This document shows positions 18,693-27,984 of a DNA stretch of 64,000 nucleotides, piece by piece. Both the position numbers and the translations under genes were made by a program. Position 1 is the first letter of the stretch. The number at the start of each line of letters is the position of its first letter. Source of the stretch: a virus. The stretch lies in the IMG/VR virus record IMGVR_UViG_3300027754_000042. One strand, written 5' to 3'. Under the pieces are notes generated by a model. That model had not been told where the DNA came from. It worked only from the letters and a program-made list of their open reading frames with translations, and did not search any database.

Positions 18693-20990
18693 ATGGCTGA
18701 GAAACTGGTATCGCCTGGCGCGCTTGACAAGTTGGCTAAACTGCTTGCGGCTGAGAACATTGCTGTGGAACATGCACCCGTGGTCACCGCGTCTTTTGAT
18801 GTTAAGAACCGCGTCCTACGTCTGCCTATGTGGCAGGAAATGACCGAAAGCTTGTACCATCTGCTGGTGCTTCACGAGGTCGGTCATGCACTGGAAACTC
18901 CGTGCGATGGCTGGAAAGGTGCTATTGACGCCGTTGAGGAATCAGACGGCCGCCGTGTGTCGCGCACATTCCAAGGCTATTTGAATGTTGTTGAGGACGC
19001 GCGGATTGAGCGTAAGATTAAGGCTAAGTTCCCCGGCTCGCGCCGTGATTTTCACGATGGCTACAAGTGGCTTTTTGAGTCGGACTTTTTCAATGTGAAG
19101 TCTACCAATCCCGATGAACTGTCAACCATTGACCGTATCAACCTTTACTTCAAGGTTGGTTCTCATATGCAGGTGCCGTTCTCGGATGAAGAACAGGTGT
19201 TTGTAAAGCGGGCTGAGGACATCCACACATGGGATGAGGCCGTCCAGCTTGCTAATGATCTCCTTGCTTTTGCCAAAGAAAAGGCGGAGCAGGAAGAGGA
19301 AGACCTGGATGAAGAAAAGCGTGACGTTTCTACCCGCACCCTTGATGATGATGACGGCGAGGAAGGTGACGATTGGGAAGATGGTGAAGATGGCGATGAA
19401 GGGTTAAAAGGCGAGTCCGATCAAGATGAAGTCGGCGATGGTAATGATGAGGACAAACCGAAGCCCTCGCGCCGTAAGTCTGGTGGTCAGATAGAAGAGG
19501 CTACCACTGATAAGGCTCTGTCTGATAAGATGCAGGATTTGGTTGATCCTACTATGCTCGGCAGGGAACTCCGTTATGTGGTGCTGCCGAAGGATATCAA
19601 TTCGGATAACTTCATTGTGAAGTATGGCGATATCCTGAAGTATGCTCAGCATGATATCAACCTCGGCAAGGTGGCCGATTATCAAGCTTTTGCCAATCGT
19701 GTGTTCTCCAAGTTCCGCAGCGACAATAACAATGCCATCAATTATATGGTCAAGGAGTTTGAAATGAAGAAGGCTGCTACGGCCTATTCCCGTAGCAAGC
19801 AATCCAAGACTGGTACCATTGATACGACAAAGATCCATAGCTATAAGTTCAGCGAGGATATCTTCCGTCGTCTCACGGTACTGCCGACCGGCAAGAACCA
19901 CGGGCTTGTCGTCTATCTCGACCTATCTGGTTCCATGTCTGGTCATATCCGCGGTGCGGTTGAACAGATGATTACCCTGGCTACTTTTTGTCGCCGTGCT
20001 AACATCCCACACCGTATCTATGGTTTCTCGACCAGCCTGGCTGGTGCAGGTTACAATCATCCTGCTACTCTGAAATACCACGATATGCGGTCTAAAATCA
20101 ATACGGAATGGCGTAACATTGACAATCGTGTTGACAAGCATTTCGTATACCCTAACACGGAACTGTCACTGCTGGAATTGTTTCACGAGGGCATGAACCT
20201 GCGTGATTTTAATTTCATGTGTTCCACATTGCTTATTTCAGGTATGATCCAGAACTATACCACATGCGATCTGGTTCCTGCTGGCTATAATAATGTGAAG
20301 CATTATGTCCGTGATGTTATCTTCAATAAATTCCGTGACCCGTTTGAGTTCCTCAGCCTTGGATCGACCCCGTTCAATGATTCCTTGATGCTTGGTCGCG
20401 ATATCATTACCAAGTTCACGAAGGAGAAGAACCTCGAGATTGTGAACATGGTAACTATCACTGACGGCGAGTCCGATCATCCATCATATATTCTGCACAA
20501 GCAGAATGGGCAACGTGGTAATTTGGCTGGTTCTAGTATCATCCACAATAACCGCACCTCGTTCCTGACCGACGAGCATAGCAGGCGCCAAATTCGTTTG
20601 AATTTTGAGCATAACCATCAATATACCTCAATGTATGCTAAACTCATCCGTGACACGATGAAGGTCAATCTTGTTGGCTTCTACATTACCAACAGTGCCC
20701 GTGACGTTACCAGCGGCGCCCAGATGGCTGGGTCAAACTGGTATGATGCTGACCTGATGGCTAAGTCTTTCCGTTCTAATCAGTACGCAATTGTGCCTGG
20801 CTTGTATGGTCACAATGAGTTCTATTATATCAAGGGCGGCAAAGACTTGCGTACCGAGAGTTCTGGCATGGGTGATATTGCTGCGGATTCTTCGAAGGGT
20901 AAACTGAAAACCGCGTTTGCCAACGCACAATCCAAGCGCGGTACGTCCCGTGTTGTGTTGGCTAAGTTTATCGACAAGATCGCCGTATAA
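18693..20990 (+). CDS. Metallopeptidase-like plus VWA domain protein (CobT-like AAA ATPase partner)
   Basis: HEVGH, NVVEDARIE, an acidic linker, MIDAS DLSGSM and ITDGES. Confidence 0.8.
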   Translation: MAEKLVSPGALDKLAKLLAAENIAVEHAPVVTASFDVKNRVLRLPMWQEMTESLYHLLVLHEVGHALETPCDGWKGAIDAVEESDGRRVSRTFQGYLNVVEDARIERKIKAKFPGSRRDFHDGYKWLFESDFFNVKSTNPDELSTIDRINLYFKVGSHMQVPFSDEEQVFVKRAEDIHTWDEAVQLANDLLAFAKEKAEQEEEDLDEEKRDVSTRTLDDDDGEEGDDWEDGEDGDEGLKGESDQDEVGDGNDEDKPKPSRRKSGGQIEEATTDKALSDKMQDLVDPTMLGRELRYVVLPKDINSDNFIVKYGDILKYAQHDINLGKVADYQAFANRVFSKFRSDNNNAINYMVKEFEMKKAATAYSRSKQSKTGTIDTTKIHSYKFSEDIFRRLTVLPTGKNHGLVVYLDLSGSMSGHIRGAVEQMITLATFCRRANIPHRIYGFSTSLAGAGYNHPATLKYHDMRSKINTEWRNIDNRVDKHFVYPNTELSLLELFHEGMNLRDFNFMCSTLLISGMIQNYTTCDLVPAGYNNVKHYVRDVIFNKFRDPFEFLSLGSTPFNDSLMLGRDIITKFTKEKNLEIVNMVTITDGESDHPSYILHKQNGQRGNLAGSSIIHNNRTSFLTDEHSRRQIRLNFEHNHQYTSMYAKLIRDTMKVNLVGFYITNSARDVTSGAQMAGSNWYDADLMAKSFRSNQYAIVPGLYGHNEFYYIKGGKDLRTESSGMGDIAADSSKGKLKTAFANAQSKRGTSRVVLAKFIDKIAV

Positions 20991-21011
20991 ATACAAAGCA
21001 AAAATGAGGGG

Positions 21012-21040
21012 TTGACAAATCCCTCATTACCAACTACAAT
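21012..21040 (+). promoter_or_regulatory. Early sigma70 promoter with an inverted repeat around the -35 box
   Basis: TTGACA-N17-TACAAT; AATGAGGG...CCCTCATT flanks the -35. Confidence 0.7.
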
Positions 21041-21062
21041 GGTAACATGATGACAAAAGGAG

Positions 21063-21221
21063 ATGGCTATGTTTAAAGTATCATATACTCTCAAGGATGA
21101 AAACAAGCTTCTGTCGGACGAGACGGCCAAGTTTCGTTACCTACAGGATGCTTTCGATTTCATGCGTCGTTTGTTGGCTTCTACTGGACTTGTTGGTAAA
21201 CCCACCATCGAGCGGCTTTGA
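21063..21221 (+). CDS. Small hypothetical protein (~52 aa, below the track cutoff)
   Basis: AAGGAG RBS; MAMFKVSYTLKDENK...PTIERL; fills the gap between two promoters. Confidence 0.6.
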   Translation: MAMFKVSYTLKDENKLLSDETAKFRYLQDAFDFMRRLLASTGLVGKPTIERL

Positions 21222-21224
21222 CCA

Positions 21225-21254
21225 TTGACAATCCGACCTAATCCGTGCTATAAT
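21225..21254 (+). promoter_or_regulatory. Early sigma70 promoter
   Basis: TTGACA-N18-TATAAT with extended TG. Confidence 0.75.
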
Positions 21255-21285
21255 ACTTATATGATGATGAAAAGAGGGCGATGAA

Positions 21286-22488
21286 ATGAATACCAATCAG
21301 TCCAAGTTCCTTGAGAAAGCCATCAGCAAGTTCGGTACTGACGCAGTGGTAGCTCGTTCTGAGCTTTGCGATTTTGCTTTGGCAAGCAATTTCAAGCGGG
21401 GTTCTTATCGTTGGATTTTTAAAGACGAGTATCGTGCTAGCCATGGCAAGTACAAGCTGCCTGCCGTCTCTGGCGCTGCTAGTGTTGATACTACGTCCAT
21501 TGCTGCTATGGCGGCCGATATCGTTCCCATTCGCAAGGCTCAGCCAGTGGTTACCACTACCAAGTTCGATCCTAACGCCGTGTCGGAGCATGATTATGCT
21601 GCGGTGCCCGAGAAGGACAAGAACTATGTGCCTTTTGGCGAGTTCAAGATGATCGAAAAAATCATTGCGTCTGGCAAGTTTTTCCCTGTGTTTATTTCTG
21701 GGCATTCTGGCAACGGCAAGACTTTCATGGTTGAGCAGGCTTGCAGCAAAGCCAAACGAGCCATGATCCGTGTGCAGATGTCGCGTGAGACCGACGAGGA
21801 CGATCTGATCGGTGGTTTCCGTCTTATCAATGGCGAGACCAAGTTCATGAAAGGCCCGGTACTTCGTGCGATGGAAATCGGTGCTTTGCTTCTGATTGAC
21901 GAGGCCGACCGTGCTGATCCTGGCAAGGCTATGTGCCTCCAGGGTATCCTCGAGGGCAAGTCTTACTATGTGAAGAAGACTGGTGAGATTGTAAAGCCAG
22001 CCGATGGCTTTAATATCATGGTCACTGCAAACACCAAGGGCCGTGGCTCTGAGGATGGGCGTTATGTTGCTGCGACCATGCTTGACGATGCTTGGCTTGA
22101 GCGTTTCCCGATCACGGTCGAGCAGGAATATCCTACTGTCCAGATCGAAAAGAAGATCCTCGTCAACTATCTTGGCAAAGATTTGCCCGAGGCTGATGTT
22201 TCGTTCATCGACCATCTGACCGTCTGGTCTGAAATCATCCGCAAGACCTTTGCTGATGGTGCCATTGATGAACTCATTTCCACTCGCCGTCTGGTGCATA
22301 TCGCACAGACGTTCCTGATGCTCGGTGACCGCATGAAGGCCATCAAGTTCTGCATTAACCGTTTCGATGAAGAGACCAAGACCGCGTTCCTTGATCTCTA
22401 TAGCAAGGTTGATCCTACGATCAATCCCATCCCCGCCACTCCGGCAGTTGATGCTGCCTCGGAGAAGTCTCAGGAAATTTCTTTCTGA
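21286..22488 (+). CDS. cobS: CobS/MoxR-like AAA+ ATPase
   Basis: Motifs GHSGNGKT, LLIDEAD, TANTKGRG, ERF and ISTRRL. Confidence 0.88.
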   Translation: MNTNQSKFLEKAISKFGTDAVVARSELCDFALASNFKRGSYRWIFKDEYRASHGKYKLPAVSGAASVDTTSIAAMAADIVPIRKAQPVVTTTKFDPNAVSEHDYAAVPEKDKNYVPFGEFKMIEKIIASGKFFPVFISGHSGNGKTFMVEQACSKAKRAMIRVQMSRETDEDDLIGGFRLINGETKFMKGPVLRAMEIGALLLIDEADRADPGKAMCLQGILEGKSYYVKKTGEIVKPADGFNIMVTANTKGRGSEDGRYVAATMLDDAWLERFPITVEQEYPTVQIEKKILVNYLGKDLPEADVSFIDHLTVWSEIIRKTFADGAIDELISTRRLVHIAQTFLMLGDRMKAIKFCINRFDEETKTAFLDLYSKVDPTINPIPATPAVDAASEKSQEISF

Positions 22489-22519
22489 GATTAATATAAC
22501 CTAAATTATGGAGAAATAT

Positions 22520-22726
22520 ATGTCACAGTTGTCCTTGATTGAAAAGCACCTTCGTCGTAACAACACCGGTCCTGGTGTCACTGTCGCTAAGCTTTCTAAG
22601 CTCACTGGCATTTCTAAGGAAGGTATCTATAAGCGTGTTAGTGACCTTCGCGAAGCGCACACAATCTACAGCAACTACCGCAAGGTAAATGGCGAGCGCA
22701 AGCTTTACTATCGCATCGCTGCCTAA
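22520..22726 (+). CDS. Small winged-helix DNA-binding protein
   Basis: HTH-like TVAKLSKLTGISKEGIYKRVSDLR followed by a beta wing. Confidence 0.65.
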   Translation: MSQLSLIEKHLRRNNTGPGVTVAKLSKLTGISKEGIYKRVSDLREAHTIYSNYRKVNGERKLYYRIAA

Positions 22727-22736
22727 TTTATGCTAT

Positions 22737-22768
22737 ATAGGGTGGGGAGCATTCCTCACCCTATTTTT
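22737..22768 (+). terminator. Rho-independent terminator
   Basis: ATAGGGTGGGGA-GCAT-TCCTCACCCTAT then TTTT. Confidence 0.8.
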
Positions 22769-22782
22769 AATGGAGTCTAAAA

Positions 22783-23019
22783 TTGAATAACGATGAAATT
22801 CCCTACGCCCATCTTCGTGGTCTGAGTGTTACAGTTCGGAACAATGATATCAATGGTGCATTGCGCGTCCTGAAGAAGAAAATTCAAGCTGATGGTATAA
22901 TGCGAGACCTTTCTGAGCGCGAACATTACACGAAGCCTTCCATGCAACGCCGTCTGAATAAAATTCAGGCTATTCGCCGTTGGAAAAAGAAGCAGCAGGA
23001 AGCTGCTGAACAGCTTTGA
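22783..23019 (+). CDS. rpsU: Ribosomal protein bS21 (phage-encoded)
   Basis: VTVRNNDINGALRVLKKK...EHYTKPS..RR matches the bS21 pattern. Confidence 0.88.
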   Translation: MNNDEIPYAHLRGLSVTVRNNDINGALRVLKKKIQADGIMRDLSEREHYTKPSMQRRLNKIQAIRRWKKKQQEAAEQL

Positions 23020-23060
23020 ATTTCCATATATATTATTGCAATTTTTAACATGGAGTCGTT

Positions 23061-23918
23061 ATGTCCGCACTAGAAGTTTCTGTAACAATTGAAGAACTAC
23101 GCAAGCGTAAGATTTTAGTAGCCACACCTATGTACGGCGGTATGTGTGGTGGTACATATACAAAGTCAACTGCCGATCTTGCGTCCATGGCAGCACAGTA
23201 TGGCATGGATGTTCGCTTCTATTATCTCTTCAATGAATCCCTAATTACTCGTGCGCGAAATTACCTCGTGGACGAATTTCTGCGTTCTGATTGTACTCAC
23301 TTGATGTTCATCGACGCCGACATTGGTTTTGATCCGAATGATGTTATTGCATTGTCGGTCATTGCGGAAGCTGGCAGTGATAAGGAAATCGTATGTGGTC
23401 CGTATCCCAAGAAATGTATTGCTTGGGAAAAGATCAAGCGCGCGGTCGACCGTGGCTTCGCTGACAAGGATCCAGAGAACCTCGAGAAGTATGTTGGCGA
23501 TTATGTTTTCAATCCTAAGGAAGGATCTGGATCCATTGCTCTCGATCAACCAGTAGAGGTGCTTGAAGGTGGCACTGGCTTTATGATGATCCAGCGTTCT
23601 GCGTTGGAAAAGTTTGCAGCCGCTTACCCACAATACACATATCTGCCTGACCATGTGCGTACCGCACACTTTGATGGTACCCGCGAAATCATGCAGTTCT
23701 TCCAGGCTGAGATTGATCCTAAGTCTAAGCGGTACCTATCAGAAGATTATTGGTTCTGCCAGAAGATGTGGGACATCAATGTGAAGACATGGCTTTGCCC
23801 ATGGATGAAGCTTCAGCACATGGGTTCATATGTGTTTGCTGGTTCTCTTATTGATCTGGCTCAGATCGGCGCTGGTGCTACCGCTGACGTAGGTGAATTA
23901 GCTCCTCGTAAAAAGTAA
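23061..23918 (+). CDS. GT-A fold glycosyltransferase-like protein
   Basis: Motifs ATPMYGG, ESLITRARN, FIDAD (DxD), GTGFM and LSEDYWFC. Confidence 0.75.
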   Translation: MSALEVSVTIEELRKRKILVATPMYGGMCGGTYTKSTADLASMAAQYGMDVRFYYLFNESLITRARNYLVDEFLRSDCTHLMFIDADIGFDPNDVIALSVIAEAGSDKEIVCGPYPKKCIAWEKIKRAVDRGFADKDPENLEKYVGDYVFNPKEGSGSIALDQPVEVLEGGTGFMMIQRSALEKFAAAYPQYTYLPDHVRTAHFDGTREIMQFFQAEIDPKSKRYLSEDYWFCQKMWDINVKTWLCPWMKLQHMGSYVFAGSLIDLAQIGAGATADVGELAPRKK

Positions 23919-23919
23919 C

Positions 23920-23948
23920 TTGACATTCGCATTCACACCTGCTATTAT
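23920..23948 (+). promoter_or_regulatory. Sigma70 promoter of gp45
   Basis: TTGACA-N17-TATTAT. Confidence 0.8.
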
Positions 23949-23974
23949 GATTATCTTGAGTGAAGGAATATACC

Positions 23975-24646
23975 ATGAAAATCTCTAAGACCACAATCGA
24001 CGTACTAAAGAATTTTGCGACAATCAATCCCAGCATGTTGTTTTCTGCTGGCTCAGAATTGAAGACGGTCTCACCACAAAAGACCGTCTTCGCAAAGGTA
24101 AAGATCGAAGATACAATCGACACTGAATTTGGTGTCTTCGATTTGTCTCAGTTCATTAATGTTTTGAGTGACTACGAAAATCCCGATATCTCTGTCAATA
24201 ACACGTTCATCTCCATCACAAATGGAACTGGCGATATCTCAGATATCGTTCGTGCAAAGGCAGAGCTTCTTCCCAGTCTTCCTACCAAGGAAGTTACTCT
24301 ACCTTCGGTCGATGTAGCTTTTGTTCTGGAAGCAGCGAAGCTTCAAAGAGCATTGCGTCAAGCTTCGCTTCTCGTTCTGCCAGAAATTGCTCTTGTTGGT
24401 GAACATGGTAACGCATACTTCTGCGCTATTGATTCGCGCAGCGATTCCACGAATCGTTTCAAGAGCCCTGTAGGCAAGGCTGAGAAGAGTTATAAGATGA
24501 TCTTCAAGGTTGATAACCTTAAGGTCATGGGTGGTAAGGACTATGATGTGAAGGTATCTTCAAAGGGTATCGCATACTTTGCATCCACTGATGGCATCTG
24601 TCATTACTGGGTCGCAACGGAATCTGGTTCGTCTTTTGATGCCTAA
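23975..24646 (+). CDS. gp45: Sliding clamp gp45
   Basis: MKISKTTIDVLKNFATINPS, FGVFDLSQF and YWVATE. Confidence 0.93.
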   Translation: MKISKTTIDVLKNFATINPSMLFSAGSELKTVSPQKTVFAKVKIEDTIDTEFGVFDLSQFINVLSDYENPDISVNNTFISITNGTGDISDIVRAKAELLPSLPTKEVTLPSVDVAFVLEAAKLQRALRQASLLVLPEIALVGEHGNAYFCAIDSRSDSTNRFKSPVGKAEKSYKMIFKVDNLKVMGGKDYDVKVSSKGIAYFASTDGICHYWVATESGSSFDA

Positions 24647-24648
24647 TC

Positions 24649-24673
24649 GGTGGGGGCGAAAGCCCCCATCTTT
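24649..24673 (+). terminator. Hairpin / terminator
   Basis: GGTGGGGGC-GAAA-GCCCCCATC then TTT. Confidence 0.7.
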
Positions 24674-24690
24674 CGTTATGGATATGTGAA

Positions 24691-25149
24691 ATGACACAAG
24701 ATAGCAAGCAGTCTAAGCTCGGCCGCGCGGGCGAGAGTATTGTGTTGAATTGGTATAGTGAACAGGGTATGAAGGTTAAGGCATCTATTGACCAATATGA
24801 TAGCTACAAAGATGCTTTGATAGATGGTAAGTGGGCAGAAGTCAAGACACAGGTTCCATTCGTCTACCGAGATTCATTTACCATAAAGCCAAATCAGTTA
24901 CGCAAATGCCAAAATGTTTGTCGATTGATTTTCGTTTCTGTACCAAACTCAAAAGAAAAACACTATAGCGCAGGAAAAGTGTATTGCATTTTTCCAGAAG
25001 ATGGGTTACAATACAATAAGTATACCACCAAAGATGGGCGTGAAATGATACTCATTCCGATCAAGCAAGATGGTATGCGTGAAATTTTTGAAATGACCGA
25101 AGAGGAACAGAAGATCCTTCAGCGATATTCTGTGTCTTCTTGGAACTGA
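24691..25149 (+). CDS. Putative PD-(D/E)XK endonuclease
   Basis: G..GE helix, then D...WAEVK catalytic-like pattern; inserted between gp45 and gp44. Confidence 0.55.
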   Translation: MTQDSKQSKLGRAGESIVLNWYSEQGMKVKASIDQYDSYKDALIDGKWAEVKTQVPFVYRDSFTIKPNQLRKCQNVCRLIFVSVPNSKEKHYSAGKVYCIFPEDGLQYNKYTTKDGREMILIPIKQDGMREIFEMTEEEQKILQRYSVSSWN

Positions 25150-25159
25150 TGGAGCCAAC

Positions 25160-26101
25160 ATGCGTGAAGAATTTCTCTGGGTAGAAAAGTATCGGCCGCA
25201 TAAGATTGCCGATTGCATTCTACCTGATGACCTGAAGCAAACATTCCAACAATTCGTAAACGACGGCAGCATTCCTAATCTGTTGCTTGCTGGCACTGCT
25301 GGTGTCGGTAAGACAACGGTCGCTCGTGCTATGCTTGACGAGATCAATGCTGACTATTTAATTATCAATGGGTCAATGAATGGTAACATTGACACACTGC
25401 GAAATGAAATTCGCAACTATGCAGGTACCGTATCATTTGGTGGAGGTCGTAAGTATGTTATCTTGGATGAGGCGGATTACCTCAACGCTAGTTCCACACA
25501 GCCCGCACTCAGAAACTTCATGGAGGAGTTCTCAAGTAACTGTGGATTTATTCTCACCTGCAATTTCAAGAACCGAATTATCCAACCACTACATTCTCGG
25601 TGCGCTGTTGTAGACTTTAAGATCCAGAAGAAGCAACTTGGTGGTCTTGCTGTTGAGTTTATGAAGCGAGCCATTTGGATCCTTGAGGCTGAGAATGTTG
25701 AGTATGATAAAGGTGCAGTCGCAGAGGTAATCAAGAAGCATCTGCCCGATTGGCGGCGTGTACTCAATGAGTTCCAGAGGTATGCTGCGCGTGGTAAGAT
25801 TGACACTGGTATCCTTGCGTCGGTCGATAATACCAATATCAGCGAACTTGTCAAGTGTTTGAAGAACCGCGAGTTTGAGAACATGCGAAAGTGGATTGGC
25901 ACTAACTCTAGCGCGGACGTGAATACTCTATTCCGTTCTCTGTATGATACCGCTTATGATATCCTAGATCAGAATTCTGTACCGCAGTTGATCCTCATTC
26001 TTGCGGACTATCAGTACAAAGCTGCTTTTGTTGTTGACCAAGAAATCAACCTTGCTGCATGTATGACGCAGATTATGATTGATTGTGAGTTCAAGTCATA
26101 G
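25160..26101 (+). CDS. gp44: Clamp loader large subunit gp44
   Basis: Motifs LWVEKYRP, GVGKTT, ILDEAD and LHSRC. Confidence 0.96.
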   Translation: MREEFLWVEKYRPHKIADCILPDDLKQTFQQFVNDGSIPNLLLAGTAGVGKTTVARAMLDEINADYLIINGSMNGNIDTLRNEIRNYAGTVSFGGGRKYVILDEADYLNASSTQPALRNFMEEFSSNCGFILTCNFKNRIIQPLHSRCAVVDFKIQKKQLGGLAVEFMKRAIWILEAENVEYDKGAVAEVIKKHLPDWRRVLNEFQRYAARGKIDTGILASVDNTNISELVKCLKNREFENMRKWIGTNSSADVNTLFRSLYDTAYDILDQNSVPQLILILADYQYKAAFVVDQEINLAACMTQIMIDCEFKS

Positions 26102-26111
26102 GACAAATACG

Positions 26112-26669
26112 ATGGCAAAATACTTAGATAGATCAGCGATAGAAGACCTTGACTCTTATAGACAAGAGATATTTGCGATTAGAGAAAGAGCATATGCAAA
26201 GCATGGTATTGATATATTGGATAACGATACTCTAAGCTCCGTATCAATCTACAATTTGGTTTCTCAATATGATCCAGATTACAATATCAACTTTGCTAGA
26301 AATGGTGAAGATGCGATTTCTAATCGAATTGAAATTGAACAGAAATGTAGCAGAGTCGAAAACGATAAGAAACTGGCTTCATTTATGTTTCATGCTATGG
26401 GTAACCTTATCTATGATCGGTATATCTTTGTTGCGCGCCACAAAGACAATCTAGACCTACTCAGGATCTATGATATAAGTCAGAAAAAAAATCTGAAAAT
26501 CATTCATAAGCATTTGACGGCAGAACGAGATGCTTGGTTAGAACGAGGCAGAAAAGATCAAAGCAAAATGAAAAGGGATGTCGTTTTGCTGTCTGAGAAA
26601 ATGATGAAAGAACAACTGACAAGCTTATCTAAAATCAAGATATATACATGTGAAGTTATTAGAGGTTGA
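26112..26669 (+). CDS. Hypothetical protein, possible restriction-like endonuclease
   Basis: EDA...EIEQK PD-(D/E)XK-like pattern; overlaps the downstream methyltransferase ORF. Confidence 0.45.
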   Translation: MAKYLDRSAIEDLDSYRQEIFAIRERAYAKHGIDILDNDTLSSVSIYNLVSQYDPDYNINFARNGEDAISNRIEIEQKCSRVENDKKLASFMFHAMGNLIYDRYIFVARHKDNLDLLRIYDISQKKNLKIIHKHLTAERDAWLERGRKDQSKMKRDVVLLSEKMMKEQLTSLSKIKIYTCEVIRG

Positions 26670-26671
26670 CA

Positions 26672-27922
26672 ATGGCAAATCTGATCTACACAGAAAATGA
26701 ATTTCTATCGCTGTTCAGTTTTAACAAGACAGTCAGTTTTGAAGACTTTAGCAACCAAATTTCTGTGTTGAATGGTAGCGATACCTCAGGAAATTTCGTC
26801 GTCAGGAGCGACCTTGATACATTCATCGAAAGAGTTGCAAAAAGCGATGACAGAAAAGATAGACTGAACTTATACAAAGAACAAATGTATAAGATGCTCG
26901 TTCTAGAACCAGAGGTAGCTCTTACAGAATGGTTTCGTAAGACTGCTAAAATCGCAGAACCGATTGAGCATTATTTTCAAATACCACCCGCTCAGATTTT
27001 AAATGGTGACACATTTGCTGGCCGTACATACAGCAAATATGGTCGTATCTGCAAAAACATTAATTTCGAAAAATTTTTCAGCACACGCAAACTTTACAGT
27101 AACGATTTCGAGTACACTTTTGGTTTACTAAAAGTGATGTTTGAACAATTTAAAATACGCAACAGTTTAGCCAGCCCCGCTTTCTTTGACCATATATGCA
27201 AAATTGAAAACAGTAACTATGGACAATTCTGGACCGATTTTATGATTGGTTGTAATAGGGCTAGCATTTTTAATCCAGCAACATACAAGGGCATCTTAGA
27301 CGAAATTCTTCCTGGTAAAATTTTGTTTGCTCCAGTTATGGGTTGGAATAGCTATCAGTTCGCATTTTATTCGAGCGGATTCGAGAAGTTTATCGCAACT
27401 GATGTTATACCTGAGGTTGTTGAAAACGGAAAAACATTGCACAAAGTCTGGCAAGATTTTTCAGACAAGAGTTTTTTTGGAGTAGCGGATAAGTCTGTCG
27501 ATCTATATTGTTGCCCCTCAGAAAAACTGAAGTCGATTGGATTCGAAGATACATATCGAGAGAAGGTAGATGCGGTTCTGTTTAGCCCGCCATATTATGA
27601 CCTTGAAATTTATGATAGCGAAGATCAAAGTTTTACCAATTATCCTAACTATGAAGAATGGCTAGAAAAATACTGGGAAGCTACCGTCCTTACAGCAAAG
27701 GAAGTGATGAAGCCAGATGCCAATTTTGCGTTTGTTATCTCTAACTATAGAAATAAAGCCAAACAAGAAGTGAATATCAGCGAAGATATGATGAGAGTGG
27801 TAAGCAAGCACCTGAATCTTAAAGCCAGATATAAGATTCAGTGGTCAGCTATTGGAACTGGACGGCAAGCAAAAAAAACTAGAGGCGGAAATTTTGAAGA
27901 CCTTTGGGTTTTCACAAAATAG
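26672..27922 (+). CDS. Amino (N4-C/N6-A) DNA methyltransferase
   Basis: Degenerate motif I FAPVMGW, motif IV FSPPYY and YEEW...YW. Confidence 0.75.
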   Translation: MANLIYTENEFLSLFSFNKTVSFEDFSNQISVLNGSDTSGNFVVRSDLDTFIERVAKSDDRKDRLNLYKEQMYKMLVLEPEVALTEWFRKTAKIAEPIEHYFQIPPAQILNGDTFAGRTYSKYGRICKNINFEKFFSTRKLYSNDFEYTFGLLKVMFEQFKIRNSLASPAFFDHICKIENSNYGQFWTDFMIGCNRASIFNPATYKGILDEILPGKILFAPVMGWNSYQFAFYSSGFEKFIATDVIPEVVENGKTLHKVWQDFSDKSFFGVADKSVDLYCCPSEKLKSIGFEDTYREKVDAVLFSPPYYDLEIYDSEDQSFTNYPNYEEWLEKYWEATVLTAKEVMKPDANFAFVISNYRNKAKQEVNISEDMMRVVSKHLNLKARYKIQWSAIGTGRQAKKTRGGNFEDLWVFTK

Positions 27923-27923
27923 C

Positions 27924-27952
27924 TAGACATTGAAAGTGTTTGGTGATACACT
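27924..27952 (+). promoter_or_regulatory. Sigma70-like promoter of gp62
   Basis: TAGACA-N17-TACACT with extended TG. Confidence 0.55.
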
Positions 27953-27984
27953 AATGGTTCTTCAAAAATACAAGAGAGTGTTTT

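Noticed and set aside
21238-22299. 353-aa minus-strand ORF
   Set aside because: It is an antisense shadow of the CobS-like gene in a GC-richer region, with no recognisable motifs, RBS or promoter.
18693-22488. Cobalamin biosynthesis role for the CobS/CobT-like pair
   Set aside because: There is no cobN or other cob gene. The AAA-VWA pair is a common T4-like module, more likely chaperone-like.
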